A stretch of DNA of 64,000 nucleotides from Mobula hypostoma (Eukaryota), in NCBI RefSeq assembly GCF_963921235.1, contig NC_086097.1, positions 205,656,001-205,720,000 on the forward strand, read 5' to 3'. The translations under genes and the position numbers were made by a program. The notes under the pieces were generated by a model, which was not told the DNA's origin, ran no database searches, and worked only from the letters and a program-made list of their open reading frames with translations. Shown here piece by piece: positions 50,651 through 64,000 of this stretch; the stretch's first letter is position 1, and every line of letters starts with the position of its first letter.

Positions 50651-51325
50651 ATTACGTCGGTGGTGCGCAAGTGGAACAGGTCAAAAGCTTTAAGTTCCTT
50701 GGGGTCAATATCACAAATGACCTGACTTGGTCCAACCAAGCAGAGTTCACTGCCAAGAAGGCCTACCAGCGCCTTTACTTCCTGAGAAAACTAAAGAAAT
50801 TTGGCCTGTCCCCTAAAACCCTCACTAATTTTTACAGATGCACCGTAGAAAGCATTCTTCTAGGGTGCATCATAACCTGGTATGGAAGTTGTCCTGTCCA
50901 AGACCGAAAGAAGCTGCAGAAGATCGTGAACACGGCGCAGCACATCACACAAACCAATCTTCCGTCCGTGGACTCACTTTACACCGCACACTGTCGGAGC
51001 AGTGTTGCCAGGATAATCAAGGACACGACCCACCCAGCCACACACTTTTCATCCCTCTTCCCTCCAGGAGAAGGCTCAGGAGCTTGAAGACTCGTACAGC
51101 CAGATTTGGGAACAGCTTCTTTTCAACTGTGATAAGACTGCTGAACGGATCCTCACCCGGATCTGGGATGTACCCTCCAAATATCCAGACCTGCCTCTCG
51201 GTTTTTTTGCACTACCTTACTTTCCATTTTGCTATTTTCTATTTATGATTTATAATTTAAATTTTTAATATTTACTAATTTTTACTATTTTAACATCATT
51301 TGAACTTTTAACATCATTTATTTTC
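50651..51325 (+). mobile_element. Rex1/Babar-like LINE 3' fragment nested in CR1
   Basis: EQVKSFKFLGVNITNDLTWS...QRLYFLRKLKKF...ESILLGCIITWYG...NSFFSTVIRLLN. Confidence 0.85.
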
Positions 51326-52692
51326 ACCACAGCCCCACTGTCAGCTCTGGCACTCTTGTTCCCATCCACCTGCAAATCTAGTTTAAAGCCTCCCCAACAG
51401 CACTAACAAACCTCCCTGAAAGGATATTGGTCCGTTATAGTTCAAGTGTAACCCGTCTCTCTTGCACAGGTCCCACCTGCCCCAGAAGAGGTCCCAATTA
51501 TCCTGAAATCTGAAACCCTGCCCCCACTACATCAGTTCCTCAGCCACTTGTTCATCCTCCAGAGCATCCTATTCTTACCCTCACTGGCACGTGGCACAGG
51601 TAGCAATCCTGAGATTACCACCCTCATGGTCCTGCTTTTCAACTTCCTACCAAGCTCTCTATACGCACTCTCCAGGACCTTCTTACTCTTCCTTGCTATG
51701 TCATTGGTACCAATGTGCACCACGACATCTGGCTGATCACCCTCCCACCTCAGAATGGCATGCAAGCGATCAGAGACATCCTTGACCCTGGCACCCGGGA
51801 GGCAACAAACCATCCTGGTTTCTCTGTCATGACCACAGAACCTCCTATCTGTACCTCTAACTATTGAGTCCACTATCACTACCGATCTCGTCTTTTTTCA
51901 TCCTCCCTTCTGCACTGCAGAACCAGACTCAATGCCAGAGATCCGGCTACTGCAGCTTGTCCCAGGTAAGTCATCCTCTCCAACAGTATCCAATGCGGTA
52001 TACTTGTAGTTGAGGGGAATGGCCACAGGGGAACCCTGCTCTGCCTGCCCTTTCCTCTTCCCTCGCCTGACAGTGACCCAATTTCCTGTACTCTGCTCCT
52101 TTGGCATAACTATCTCCCTGTAGCTACTATCTATAATCCCCTCATTCTCCTGAATGATCCGGAGGTCATCCAGCTCCTGCTCCAGTTCCCTAAAGCAGTT
52201 TGTTAGGAGCTGCAGCTGGATGCACTTCTTGCAGGTGTCGTTGTCAGGGACACCGGAGGGCTCCCTGACTTCCCACATCCTGCAAGAGGAGCATTCCAAC
52301 ATCCAGCCTAGCATTCTCTCTACTGTAAACTAACTGGACAAAAAAAAATTACCGGAACCTACCCTGGCCTCTGCCTGTTCTTGCCAAAGCCTGTTGAGCC
52401 AAAACCGTCCCACTCTGCTCCCTCTTATTCCGCTGCCCACTCACAATGTTGCCCGCTGTATGTGGTGGTCTGTTTTTAAACCTTGGCGTGCTACGTCACG
52501 CTCCTGTGCTGTACAGACCCTTCTCCCTGAGCAGTGTTTATAAAAAGACTTTTTGTACCCGATTTCTTCACTCTCTTCTTCTCAGCTGCTTGCTTTGACT
52601 GAAACAAGAACCGTTGAAAATTCCTCATTTGAAACCTTGGCACACTACGTCACGTGCCTGCGCAGTGCAGACCCTACTCCCCAAACAGTGTT

Positions 52693-52694
52693 AA

Positions 52695-52737
<43 letters not shown>
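52693..52737. repeat. (AAAT)n microsatellite
   Basis: Directly visible, about 11 units. Confidence 0.95.
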
Positions 52738-55700
52738 GGGATGGCCCATAGCTGAATTCAGGTGTGGTACCACTTGTGTACAAAGGATATTCGTTGAAGA
52801 TCACTGTCGGTGATATTTCGTGTATGAGGTGGAACAACTTCGGAGATAAAACCTACTACTATTGTTATTTTGTATTGCTGCCATGGAATCTCAATGTAAT
52901 TGCCTTGTGTCGACATTTACCCTGGATTACAAATATCTCTCTCTCATCACCTATTCCGTGGATGAACTGAACTTTCATAATTTACCATTTTAAGATTCTA
53001 AGCCTTGTTTCCCCCAAGCTCAATAGTTTGGGAGTTACATTTGCACACATGTGTGCACATAACACTGTTAACCTGTTTGATCTATCCGGTTATATATGAC
53101 TGTATTGTGCAGTTACTAATAAATAGTATTAGTTAATAGCAATAACAGACTCCAAAGTGTTTTCTATTTCTGCTGGTTCTTTAACCCGTCACGTGGTACG
53201 TGACAATATATATAACATTTCCAAGGCACAGAAACACTCTGTAAAACAACTCGTTGAGCATGAAGACAAGAGAAGAATGTCAAGTCTTCCATTCAAAAAG
53301 CCAACTCCAGTTAAGTACTTCCCTCTGCTGATAAACCGCTCAATGGAAACGTGTAAGTGGTATCAACTCCTGAAAAATAAGTTTGACAGGTCATTCCTGT
53401 GGATCTTTAAAAGAGCAGGCAGGAGTTTTGAAATAAAACTATTTAAACCAACCTAATATTTGCAGGAAGTTGTCTGAAGTTAGTCTGTCCACCTGGAACA
53501 TTTTAACAGGGAAAAAAAACACCTTTAAAGTTTTCTTTGGGAACCCTAACCATGCACTGAGGACCAGTTAAACTTAATTACTCCACATTTGCAATCATTG
53601 CTTTTCTCTTTGGTTTTGTTTGTCAATTTCAGTTCACCTTGGTTGCTGCATTTCCCACATACAGAACCATTTACAGGCAATTATTGAAACACCATACCCA
53701 TGCTGTGTATTTGGACTCTAATTGAAATATTATGGGGAAGTGGAAAAAGTAGCAGCCCTACCATGTACTATCTGAACAGCATTGTAGTGTTGTTTGCTAA
53801 ATTACAGTGGAAAGAAGGGTGTAAATAAGATATTTCATTAAGGATGAATGTGAGAAACTGGATCAATGCAAACTTGTTTTTATGCAAAACTCTCACATAA
53901 AACTCAATTTTTTTTAGGTATTTGCTCCAATGTCCTTGTTGTTTATCAGGAAAGTGGTTCAGGCATTTTCTGCTTGTGATTCACCTTAAAACCAGTGTCA
54001 TTTCCCATTGCATTTCCCACATGATAATGCTATTAACGTGTGGCAGCCACACTTACTGTACATATTGACAGAAATTAAATCAAGTGGTCATGAGTAAGAT
54101 CTTCATTATTTATATCAAATAGTAACTGCACTGAATCACATGATCGCTGGTCCATGAATTTTACATTATTTATCACCCCATCATCACTTAATGTGTTAAA
54201 GCTTTAATTGACAACACTCATCAAAGCAACTATGCACCAATGACTTCTGTTTCTAAACCCTGGTGCTGCCAATGTCAGCAATAGCTTAGAGTACTTGTAG
54301 CACAGGACACCATCAACCTACTCATTGTAAAGTAATCCCTGCTCCCATCCTTTGTATATGCACATACTCTCTTCTCCAGTTCCACCATGTTGCATGCAGA
54401 GAGCTTTTTAACAGTGCTGACCGTTTCCCCTCTTGTAAAAAGTGTGAATGGTAGGGCAAATGTTGCTTAATTGTGTAGGTTGAGTTTCAGCTCTACCTAT
54501 GAAGGGAAGAAACAACAATAATGATATTTAAAAATGAGCATTCAATACTATGATTTTTTTTTCATGGCACTAGTTTCATTAGAGCAAAATACAAAACCCA
54601 CTTTAGTGCAACAGAAATAGGTGAAATCTAACTATGAAGCAGAAGTGCCTTAAGATAAAGATCCCAGTTTTATATGAATTTCAGCAAAAATGAGATTGCA
54701 GTACAGGAGCATGAGTAAGTGGGTGAGAGAGTGAAAACAATATTTAGGAACATGTTCCTTTTATAATTGCATCTGGACAGAACTTGTCTTTGAAGCTTTG
54801 AAGAATACTTCTACTCCCATCACAGACAGAATGCCAAGTCATAGATAATTCAATTCTCAGCTGGTATTCACTTATTCTTTAGTTGAAAGGAGGAACATTA
54901 CATCTTGGAGGCAGTAGGAAAGCATTTATGGATAATCTGCCAACATTGATACTGCTCCCAAAAGGGTTCATCGGGAATGCAGATCTTAAGAAGATCTCAG
55001 TATGGAGCTCTCCATGAGAACAGTTCGCTTCATCAAAGAAGTAGTGGAGAACTGCTTCAGCTTCCAGATGAAAACTGGTAATCAAAATCATATGCCTGGC
55101 CAGCTCAGTCTGTGGCTGTAAAAGTTATCACTGCATTCAATCTTAATGCTATCATCACATTTTAAACAGTTTTATAAGACCTGCATTATATCAGCTAAGC
55201 TCCCACCTGAGGGGACAAAAATTGCAGAATTGACACCAATTTAGATGAGCTAAGGAATTGTTTCAGTGTGGAAAAATGGCTAGATATCAGCACAAGTGGG
55301 GTACAATTCATCCTTTTAAATGCAATATACTAACAGACTCACTCCTGAAATTTAGTGTCGTTGAAACATATTTCAACAACACTATATTATATATTGGCCA
55401 TTTACTGACAGTGTTCAAGGACCAAGGTCTATTCTCCAACCTTGGTGTGTCACAGGGTACATCAGTTCAGGAGACTTAGTGTCCAAACCTTCTTAAAATG
55501 AATAGATCAGTAGTGTGTACAAAGTTACCATTGTGTGTCTTATATGACTAGAAGCTTCAAGGTACTTAACAGGAGTGAATTCTTGGCATTTGGCCAAAGA
55601 AGAAAATATTAGGAAATGTGACAAAACATGTAATAGATGTGCATACTAAATAGCAGATCTATTAATATGTCAATATTATTTGGGCTATTGAACTTCCTCC

Positions 55701-55807
55701 AGTGGTAAGCTGTTGTCTGAAGGATGATAGGGTTGCCTTTTTAAACACCACTATCATATATAGCATTCAGATCACCATCAGATAAGACATCTAAGTAATT
55801 ATAGTAT

Positions 55808-55957
55808 AGGTATCTGAGTAGCCAGGGCATCAAAGGTTATGGTGAGAAGGCAGGGGAGTGGGACTAAATAGGAGAAAATGGATCAGCTCATGATAAAATG
55901 GCAGAGCAGACTCAATGGGCCGAATGGCCTACTTCTGCTCCTTTGTCTTATGGTCTA
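55808..55957 (+). mobile_element. CR1 3' tail fragment
   Basis: GGTTATGGTGAGAAGGCAGG...GGGCCGAATGGCCTACTTCTGCTCC...TCTTATGGTCT, similar to 28400-28530. Confidence 0.7.
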
Positions 55958-56293
55958 TATAAATGCCTGGTAAAGCCAGCCTCTGTACGACCAATGCGAA
56001 CACCATATTTATGTGGCTGGTCTATTTAAGTCTCAGATCAGTGGTGTCCCCAGGATATCAACAGTGGAATACTTGGATATGGTAAATCCAGTGAAAACCA
56101 AAGCTACATAATTAGACACTGTACTGTTGGAAATGGCCATTTCCTCATAGTATAATACAAGGACCTCCAAGCCTTTTCTCTTAAAATTGTCCACATCTTG
56201 CTGCTGGCTGGATAGACTGCTACATTTACGACAGAGTTGCAAAAAGAATTGAACATTATGTAATCATTACATATCCATACTTCTGACTGTACA

Positions 56294-59200
56294 TGTTAGG
56301 TTTTGTAATGCCAAAAGATAAAACTAATTGAATGGAAAACAAAGGAGCTTGAGAGAAGCCTTTAAACTTCATTTTTACTTTTAGGAAAACAAGAATTTAT
56401 GTTGCAGTACATGATTACATATGCTATTCACATATTTTTACATATAACCTGTTATAAATTAAGTGAACAAGACAGAATGCTTAATCAATCAATATATTTA
56501 CAATATTACTTAAATACTACTGAAATATTAAATACACAACACTCCTCCCCACTTTGCTATAAATTCCAACTCAATATAGAATGTGCCTCAACACATCTGT
56601 GTATACACACACACACACACACACACACAGTGTGCATCTGTGTGGTATACTATACAACTACAAATACATAGACATTCACAGCAGAGTAAATTTTCAATAG
56701 TTCCATTCAGACCTAAAGATGTAATCATGAGGATTTCTTACTCTTGTGGGATATCATCTTTCTTGCCGAGGTGGTGGTTGGAGGAGGGGGGGTGGGTTTC
56801 ACTCTGCTTGACTTGTGGCTGCGAAACAATCTGAGGCTCTGCGAATTTCTCCATGGTAGTTGTAGGAGTTGACTCTGGGACTGCAGGAAGTGGTTCTGCA
56901 GTTCTGGACACCTTTCCTCTGGGTGTGTTGATATTGTGAAAAGTGCCTGGCAAGCTGCTCGAAATGTTGATCTATCCCAGGCCACCAGCCAAAGCTTTGA
57001 CCTAGCACTTTCATTTTGACCATGTATACATGACTGGCATGCAGCTTCTACAACACTTTAGCTCTCAGCTTCGATGGTACAACTCCTCTCAATCCTAACA
57101 TAAGGCATCCTCCATCATGGGCAAGTTCATCCCAGCACTGGTAAAACTGGGCAACTGGCAGTGTAGGGATCTCTTCTGGTTTCCCTTTTGACCACGTCTC
57201 ACTTATGTATTAGGGAAGGGTGTCCAATTTTATAAATTTTTCAGGTATTTCCTTTTCCAAGCGTGAATAGGACAAGCCTTCAGCATTCCCATAACTAGTA
57301 TTTCATGTTGTAATTGTATCCTACAAGAAGCAGAGCTTATCTCTGCCTTCGTGCTGCTGCTGTTAGTGAACACCCATCTGTGGTTTGAAAATGGAAACCA
57401 CTGAATGATATTCAGTAACGAGGGTGAACCCTCTCCCATACAAGTACTGGTTGAAATGTCTTACACCCCAAACTAGATGCAAGGCGTCTCTGTCAATCAC
57501 TATTTCCTCTGCTTTTTGGAAAGCCACCTCACAGTACTTTGCCTGGTACCATTTCTTCCTGTTCTATAGTAAAGAGTTCAAGGGATGCAGCACATTAGCC
57601 AGGTTTGGCAGGAACCTGTCAGAGTAATTGACAAATCCTAAAAAAGGATCACACATCCTTTGGCCTTGTGGCACCCACGACTGTTTGAATTTTCTCAACA
57701 CACTTGTGTAATCCTTGTGCGTTGATAGTGTAACCACAGAAAGTGGTGCTTGGATGAAAGAATTCACACTTCTTGTGCTGTGCTCTGAGCCTGTAATCTC
57801 CTAATCCTTTTATCACTGTTTTCAGATCTTGGAGATGTTTCTTGTCATCCTTACCAGTAACTATGATGGCATCCAGGGGCATTGAAAGCCTGGGCAGCCT
57901 TGCAGCACCTGGTCCATAATTTTCTGCCAGAGTGCAGGGACAGATGCTGCTCCAGAAATAAGCCTATTATAGTGATAAAGCCTTTATGAGTATTTGTGGT
58001 GGGAAACAATTTGGGCTCTTCTTCTATGTCCAACTGTAGGTAGGCCTCAGCTAAATCGACTTTGCTGAACTGTTTCCTCCAGAAAGGTTTGCAAAGATAT
58101 CCTCTATCCTGGGCAGGTTTGATCTAATTTTTGTACTGGGTTCATTGTGATCTTAAAATCACCAAATATCCTTATTGACCCAATCTTCTTGCTCACTGGT
58201 TCTACTGGCATTGCCTATAGGCTCCACTCAAGCTTGGAAAGAATTCTGTCTACCTTCATGTGATCTAGCTCTCTGACTATATTATCACAAGTGGTATAAG
58301 GAACCAGATGGGCTTTGCAAAAAGTGGTTATTTTCCCCCTGATGTGTTTGAATTTTCCAATGCTATCCTTGAACACTACTGTGGTATCATCTAGTGCCTT
58401 CCTTAATTCATTTTCAGTTCACTCTTTTAGAGGGAATGTAGCATGAAAATGGTGGATAGATTTCCAATGAAGTTGTGGTTGTCTCAGCCAATCATGACCC
58501 CACAATGCTGGCCAAATGTTATTCCCAAAGGAGTTACCGTTTCTCCAATATAATATCTTAGTTGGATATCTGCAGGCTTCAATTTAGTATCTTTGAAATG
58601 CCATTCAAGCTCATTTTGTGGAATGACTGAAACAGCCGAGCCAGTGTCCAATTTAATTAATTTACCATTTACTTCTAGTGTAAGCCATATTGCTTGTCTG
58701 TTGTTGTGTTTATATTATAAATCTCAAGGCTGCCCAGTCCTGCGTCACTGAAATTATCAGATTCTTCATCAACAACATGTAGATTAGGGCTCTTTTGAAA
58801 TTGCAATTTGACTTTTTAAATCTTTTTATCTTCCCTGTGTAGTCCATTGATATTTATCTGCCCAACATGCTCTTTCTGTGTGTACCTGCTTTGTTGCATT
58901 TTCAAGTTTTACTCTTAATCTGCATTGATCTGGTGTTTGAGAGTTCCTGCCACAACGGTAACAGAATTTTTTTGACCAGGCTGGTTTCTGTTTAGATGTT
59001 GCAATTTTTTAACACATTTTTTCATTCCTGACTACAACTCAATTGCAGTTCTGTCTGCTGTTTCCCTGGATACAGCGATTTCAGCTGCTCTTTTAAATAT
59101 GAGTCTTGCTTCAGTTAGGAGCCATTTTAGAGTGCTTTCTTACAAGATTACACACCTATACGATCTCTCAGTGCATCATTAAGTCCGTCACTGAACTAAC

Positions 59201-61085
59201 AATGCTCAGAAATCTCTTCAATTCAGCCATGTATGCTGAAGTGGACTCCTCTGCCTTTTGATTCCACTTATGAAACCTAAAGCATCGTGCAATCAACAAC
59301 AGTTCAAGTTCTAAATATTCCCACAATACTTTCACAATATCAACAACGCTTTCTCGGCTTGGTTGTTTGGAGCAATTACACTTCTAAGCAAACTGTATAC
59401 TCTTCTACCAATAGCACTCAGCAAAACTGGCTCTATTTTCCCTTTGCCTATTCCATTTGCTTTAAAATCCTACTTAATTCATTCCATATAGAGCAGCCAG
59501 TTATCTCTTGTGCAATCGAATGCATCTACCTTTCCAATGTAGCCAGCCATTTTTGCTTTTTTAAAATTTATGATTACCATCAAGCTTTCGGAATTAGAAT
59601 TAATTTAAATCTTACATCCATTCCACAATATGAGGGAATAAAAATCTTTGCATTATGACTCCGTTGCAATGTACAGGCATGTGAATTTAAAAGTCTAACG
59701 GCTTGTAGAAAGAAGCTGTCCTGTAACCTCCTGGTCCTGGCTTTAATGCCACGGTAGCATTTGCCAGATGGAAGCAGCTGAAACATTTTATGTTTGGGGT
59801 GATTGGTGTCCCTAGTGATCTTCTAGGCCTTCTTTATGCATCTGATGCTATAAATGTCCTCAAAGGAGGGAAGTTCACATCCACAGATGTGCAGGGCTGT
59901 CCATACCACTCTCTGCAGTGCCCAGCGATGAAGGTTGCTGCATTTACCGTACCAGACAGTGATACAGCCAGGCAGTATGCTCTCAATGGTGCTCCTGTAG
60001 TAGGTCTTGAGGATTTGGGAGCCCATGCCAAACTTCAGTCACCTGAGATGGAAGAAATGCTGATGTGCTTTTTTTTTGCCACACAGCTGGTGTGAACAGT
60101 CCAGGTGAGATCATCGGTGATGTGTATACGAAGGAACTTGAAACCACTCACCTTCTTAACTGCAGACCTATTGATGTTGATCGGGCCGAGCCTGTCTCCT
60201 TTCCTCTGGTAATCCACAATCAGCTCTTTTGTTTTTTGGACATTAAGAGAGAGGTTGTTATCCTGGCACCACTGTGTCAGGGTGTCAACCTCTCCTCAGT
60301 AGGCTGTCTCATTACCACTAGAAATAAGGCCAATTAAAGTCATGTCATCTGCGAATTTGATCAGCAGGTTGGAGCTGTGTGCGGCAGTATTTGTGTGTGT
60401 AAAGGGAGTGGAGAAGGGGACTTACAACACCACCTGAGGGGCATCTGTGTTGAGGGTCAGAGGGGCAGAGGTGAGGGAGCCCATCCTTACCAGCTGTTGG
60501 CGATCCAATAGGAAGTCTAGGATCCTGCTGCACAAGGTGGGGTGCAGGTCGAAGTCGCTGAGCTTCCTGTCAAGTCTGAAGGGAATTATGGTGTTGAATG
60601 CTGAACTGTAGTCCAGGAACAGCAATCTAGTGTATGCATCCCTCTTCTCCAGGTGAGTGAGGATGGTGTATAGTGCTGTGGCTATGGTGTCATTGGTAGA
60701 GTGGTTCCATTGGAACCGTATTTAAAACTTGAACTCCTCGTTGTCCTTTTTAAAAAAAACTCAAATGTCTCCCTGCGCTTCAAAAGGTAGGTAGTCCTTT
60801 CAGTTTTGAAGAAGACTTCCCCATCACCACCATTACATTTTGTAACTCCAAAACATAAAACTAATTGGAAAAAAAAACAAGGCAGACTGAAAGATGCATT
60901 TAAATTTAAAAGTAAAAATACTTTTAACAAGGTGCGCACTTTTGATGTGGTTGCGTAATGATGTATGCCATTCACATACTTTTACAAATAACCTGTAATG
61001 AATTATTTAAATAAACAAGACTGCTAATTCAAACAACATATTTACAATATTACTCAAATATTACTGAAATATTAAATACACAACA
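56294..61085 (-). mobile_element. Decayed Gypsy/Ty3 LTR retrotransposon with both LTRs (60831-61085 and 56294-56541)
   Basis: ~250-bp direct repeats starting TGTTGTGTA on minus; PPT AAAGTGGGGAGGAG at 56542-56555; gag start MAGYIGKVDAFD at 59550, CYRCG knuckle at ~58960, protease LDTGSAVSVI at ~58650, RT LDAIIVTGKDD, integrase-region WWPGID. Confidence 0.85.
59590..60715 (-). mobile_element. Rex1/Babar-like LINE inserted in the Gypsy leader
   Basis: LFLDYSSAFNTI, ESILPGCITVWYG, DSFFLQAVRLLN. Confidence 0.85.
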
Positions 61086-61755
61086 ATGCAGTGGAAGTTC
61101 ATTGGTGAAGCACCTGAAGATAATTGGGGCTAGGTCACTGCTGTAAAGAATTCCTGCAATATTCTGGTGCTCAACTGATCCAGCAACCACCACTGTCTCC
61201 ATTGTGACAGAATTGAATCCATTCACTATCTCTTAGATGCTTGATAAATTTCCATTTTGAGGTTTCTTAATGTCGCACATGATCAAATATTCCCTTGATA
61301 TCAAGTGTAGTCAGTTATAACACATCTTTGCTCATGACAATCTCATGACAAATGGAACTATTTCTGCTCGTTAGATTAACTTCATTTCTTAAACTAAAAT
61401 GAAGCAGCTTCATACGTCAGTGCATCTTGAGAAAAGAAACATTACTCCTTGGCTTCCTATACTAACATTACAAGTCATTTCCATTTACAGCTTTGCGGAA
61501 CTCCCAGTGCATTGGTATGAACGTGAGGGGTATAACATACTTTACAGAGCCTAGAACAGATTGTCAGTCATCCTGGAACTGCTCCCATATTATAGAACTG
61601 ATTGTAAGAAGATCAGGATAATAATTAGTTCCATCCTTTGATATAGTATTAAATGTCTTGCAGCAAGTGATATCAAGGACAAGGATCTTCTATTTGGACT
61701 ATTTAGAAATTCCTTTCTGAACTGTGGCAATGACAATTGTTTGAATGAAGCTGCT

Positions 61756-64000
61756 AGAAAAGAACATAGAACATAGAATTCTACAGCACATTACAGACCC
61801 TTTGGCCCACAAAGTTGTGCTGACCATGTAACCTACTCTCGAATCTGCCCAGAATTTCCCTACTCCATAGCTCTCTATTTTTCTAAGCTCCATGTACCTA
61901 TCTAAGAGTCTCTTAAAAGACCCTATAGTATCTGCCTCTACGACCTTCGCTGACAGTGCATTCTACTCACCCACCACTTCCTGTGTGAAAAACTTACTTC
62001 TGACATCCCCCTTGTATCTACTTCGAAGCACCTTAAAACTATGCACACTCGTGTTAGCCATTTCAGTCCTGGGAAAAAGCCTATTCTACACTATCAATAC
62101 ATCTAATTATCTTATGCACCTCTATTAGGTCACCTCTCATCCTCTGTCACTCTTAGGAAAAAAAGCCAAGATCACGCAACATATTCTCATAAGGCACACT
62201 CTTCAGTCCAGGCAACATCCTTGTAAATCTCTGCACTCTCTCTATATAGTATCCATATCCTTCCTGTAGTGAGGTGACCAGAAATGAACACAGTAGTCCA
62301 AGTGGGGTCTAACTAAGGTCTGATTCAGCTGTAACATTACCTCACAGTTCTTGAACTCAATGAAGGCCAACACACCATATGCCTTCTTAACAACACTGTC
62401 AACTTGCGCAGCATCTTTGAGTGTCCTATGAACATGGACCCCAAGATCTCACTGATCCTCCACACTGCCAAGTGTCTTACCATTAATATTATATTCTGTC
62501 TTCAAATTTGACCTACCAAAATGAACCACTTCACACCTGCCTAGGTTGAAGTCCATCTGCCACTTCTCAGCCCAGTTCTACATCCTATCGATGTCTCGCT
62601 GTAACCTCTAACAATCCTCCAGACTATCCACAACACCCGCAATTTTTGTATCATCAGCAAACTTACTAACCCATCCTTCCACTTCCTCATCCAGGTAATT
62701 TATAAATATCACAAAGAGGAGGGATCCTAGAACAGATCCCTATGAAACATCACTGGTCTCCATCCTCCATTCAGAATATGAACCATCCACAACCATCCTT
62801 TGCTTTCTGTGGGGAAGCCAATTCTGGATCCACAAAGAAAGGACCCCTTGGATCCCATGCCTCCTTACTTTCTGAATGAGCCTTGCATGGGGAACCTTAT
62901 CAAGTGCCTTACTGAAATCCATATACACAACATCTACTGCTCTACCTTCATCAATGTATTTTGTTATACCCTCAAAGAATTCAATCAGGTTTGTAAGGCA
63001 TGACCTGCCCTTGACAAAGCTATGCTGAGAATTCCTAAACAGACTGTGTCTTTCCAAATGCTAATAAATCCTGCCTCTCAGTATCTTCTCCAACAACTTG
63101 TCCACGACTGAAGTAAGACTCACTGGTCTATAATTTCCTGAGTTATCTCTACTCCCTTTCTTGGACAAGAGAATAACATCTGCAACCTTCTAATCCTCTG
63201 GTACTTCTCCCATCCATATTGATGATGCAAAGATCATTGCCAGATGCTCAGCAATCTCTTCCCTCAATTCCCACAGTAGCTTGGGGTTTATCACGTCTGG
63301 TTCTGGCGACTTACCTAACTTAATACTTTTCAAAAGCTCCAGCCCATCCTCTTTCTTAATGTCTATACACTTAAGATGTTCCAGTCCACTGTTGGTCATC
63401 CCCACATTGCCAAAGTCCTTTTCCCTGGCGAATACTGAAGTAAGGTATTCATGAAGCAACTCCGTTACCTCCTCCGGCTCATGTTTCCACTATTGCTCCT
63501 AATTGGACGTATACTCACATGGCTCATCCTCTTGCTCTTCACATACTTGTAGAATGCCTTGGGGTTTTCCTTAATCCTGCTCACCAAGGCCTTCTCCTTC
63601 TAGCTCTCCTAATTTCATTCTTGAGCTCCTTCCTGGCACCCTTGTAATTTTCTAGAGCTATAACAGTACCTAGTTTCTTGAACCTTTGGTAAGCTTTTCT
63701 TTTCTTTTCTTCTTAACTAGATTTTCTACATCCTTTGTACACCATGGTTCTTTTACCCTACCATCTTTTTCCTGCCTCAATAGAGTATACCTATGCAGAA
63801 TGCCATGCAAATATAGCCAGAACATATGTCACGTTTCTGCCGTCCATTTCCCTGAGAACATCGGCTCCCAATTTATGTTCCCAAGTTCCTGCTTGGGAAC
63901 ATATTTCCCCTACCCCAACTAAACTTTTCTGAAATTGTCTGATTCTATCCCTTTCCAGTGCCATGGTAAAGGAAATGGAGTTGTGATCACTACCTCCAAA
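61756..64000 (-). mobile_element. CR1 LINE running off the window edge
   Basis: KSPEPDVI, SQHSFVKGRSCLTNLIEFFE, DFSKALDKVPH; (TTCTATG)n tail at ~61760. Confidence 0.9.

Larger units (their letters stand above)
46958..52768 (-). mobile_element. Near full-length CR1 LINE (5' UTR, ORF1 zinc finger/coiled coil plus SGNH esterase, ORF2 APE and RT)
   Basis: ORF1 CSSCRMWE..CKKCIQL and IVDSIVRG..CLPGARVKDV..HIGTND; ORF2 [30 protein letters not shown]; (TTTCTATGG)-type tail; possible TSD ACCACTT at 46951-46957 and 52769-52775. Confidence 0.9.
46021..53205 (+). mobile_element. Solo LTR (46021-46957 plus ~52769-53205) split by a CR1 insertion
   Basis: TGTTA...TGACA termini inside an (AT)n tract (ATAT on both sides); its 3' end (CAGACTCCAA...ATTTCTGCTGGTT...AACCC...GTACGTGACA) matches the 3' end of the LTR at 48326-49257. 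Confidence 0.7.

Noticed and set aside
40118..64000. Upstream peroxidasin exon (Ig2)
   Set aside because: Donor-like sites near 43990, 45180 and 45655 gave no Ig-like reading frame that I could see; the exon probably lies beyond the window, though a manual scan could miss it.

Overview
Vertebrate genomic DNA, not prokaryotic. The repeat content (CR1, Rex1/Babar, Penelope-like elements) suggests a cartilaginous fish, probably a ray; this is an inference. The window lies inside one large minus-strand gene, a peroxidasin-family haem peroxidase. Seven consecutive coding exons (117, 159, 113, 157, 109, 158 and 1504 bp) splice in frame with GT-AG sites and encode Ig3, Ig4 and most of the peroxidase domain. 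Recalled diagnostic residues favour the PXDNL paralogue, yet the catalytic and haem-linking residues are intact. The introns are largely nested, decayed transposons: CR1, Rex1/Babar and RTE LINEs, Penelope-like elements (PLEs), two tRNA/CORE-type SINEs, a Tc1 derivative, two related solo LTRs and a two-LTR Gypsy relic. The most notable non-coding signal is a ~97-bp non-autonomous element whose 5' end is an intact minimal type I hammerhead ribozyme. It occurs as two near-identical copies plus a truncated one, some with target-site duplications (TSDs); one copy is in the pre-mRNA sense ~290 nt upstream of the large exon. Hammerheads in PLEs are known; whether this tiny mobile form is described cannot be checked here. 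Repeat boundaries without a TSD are approximate.
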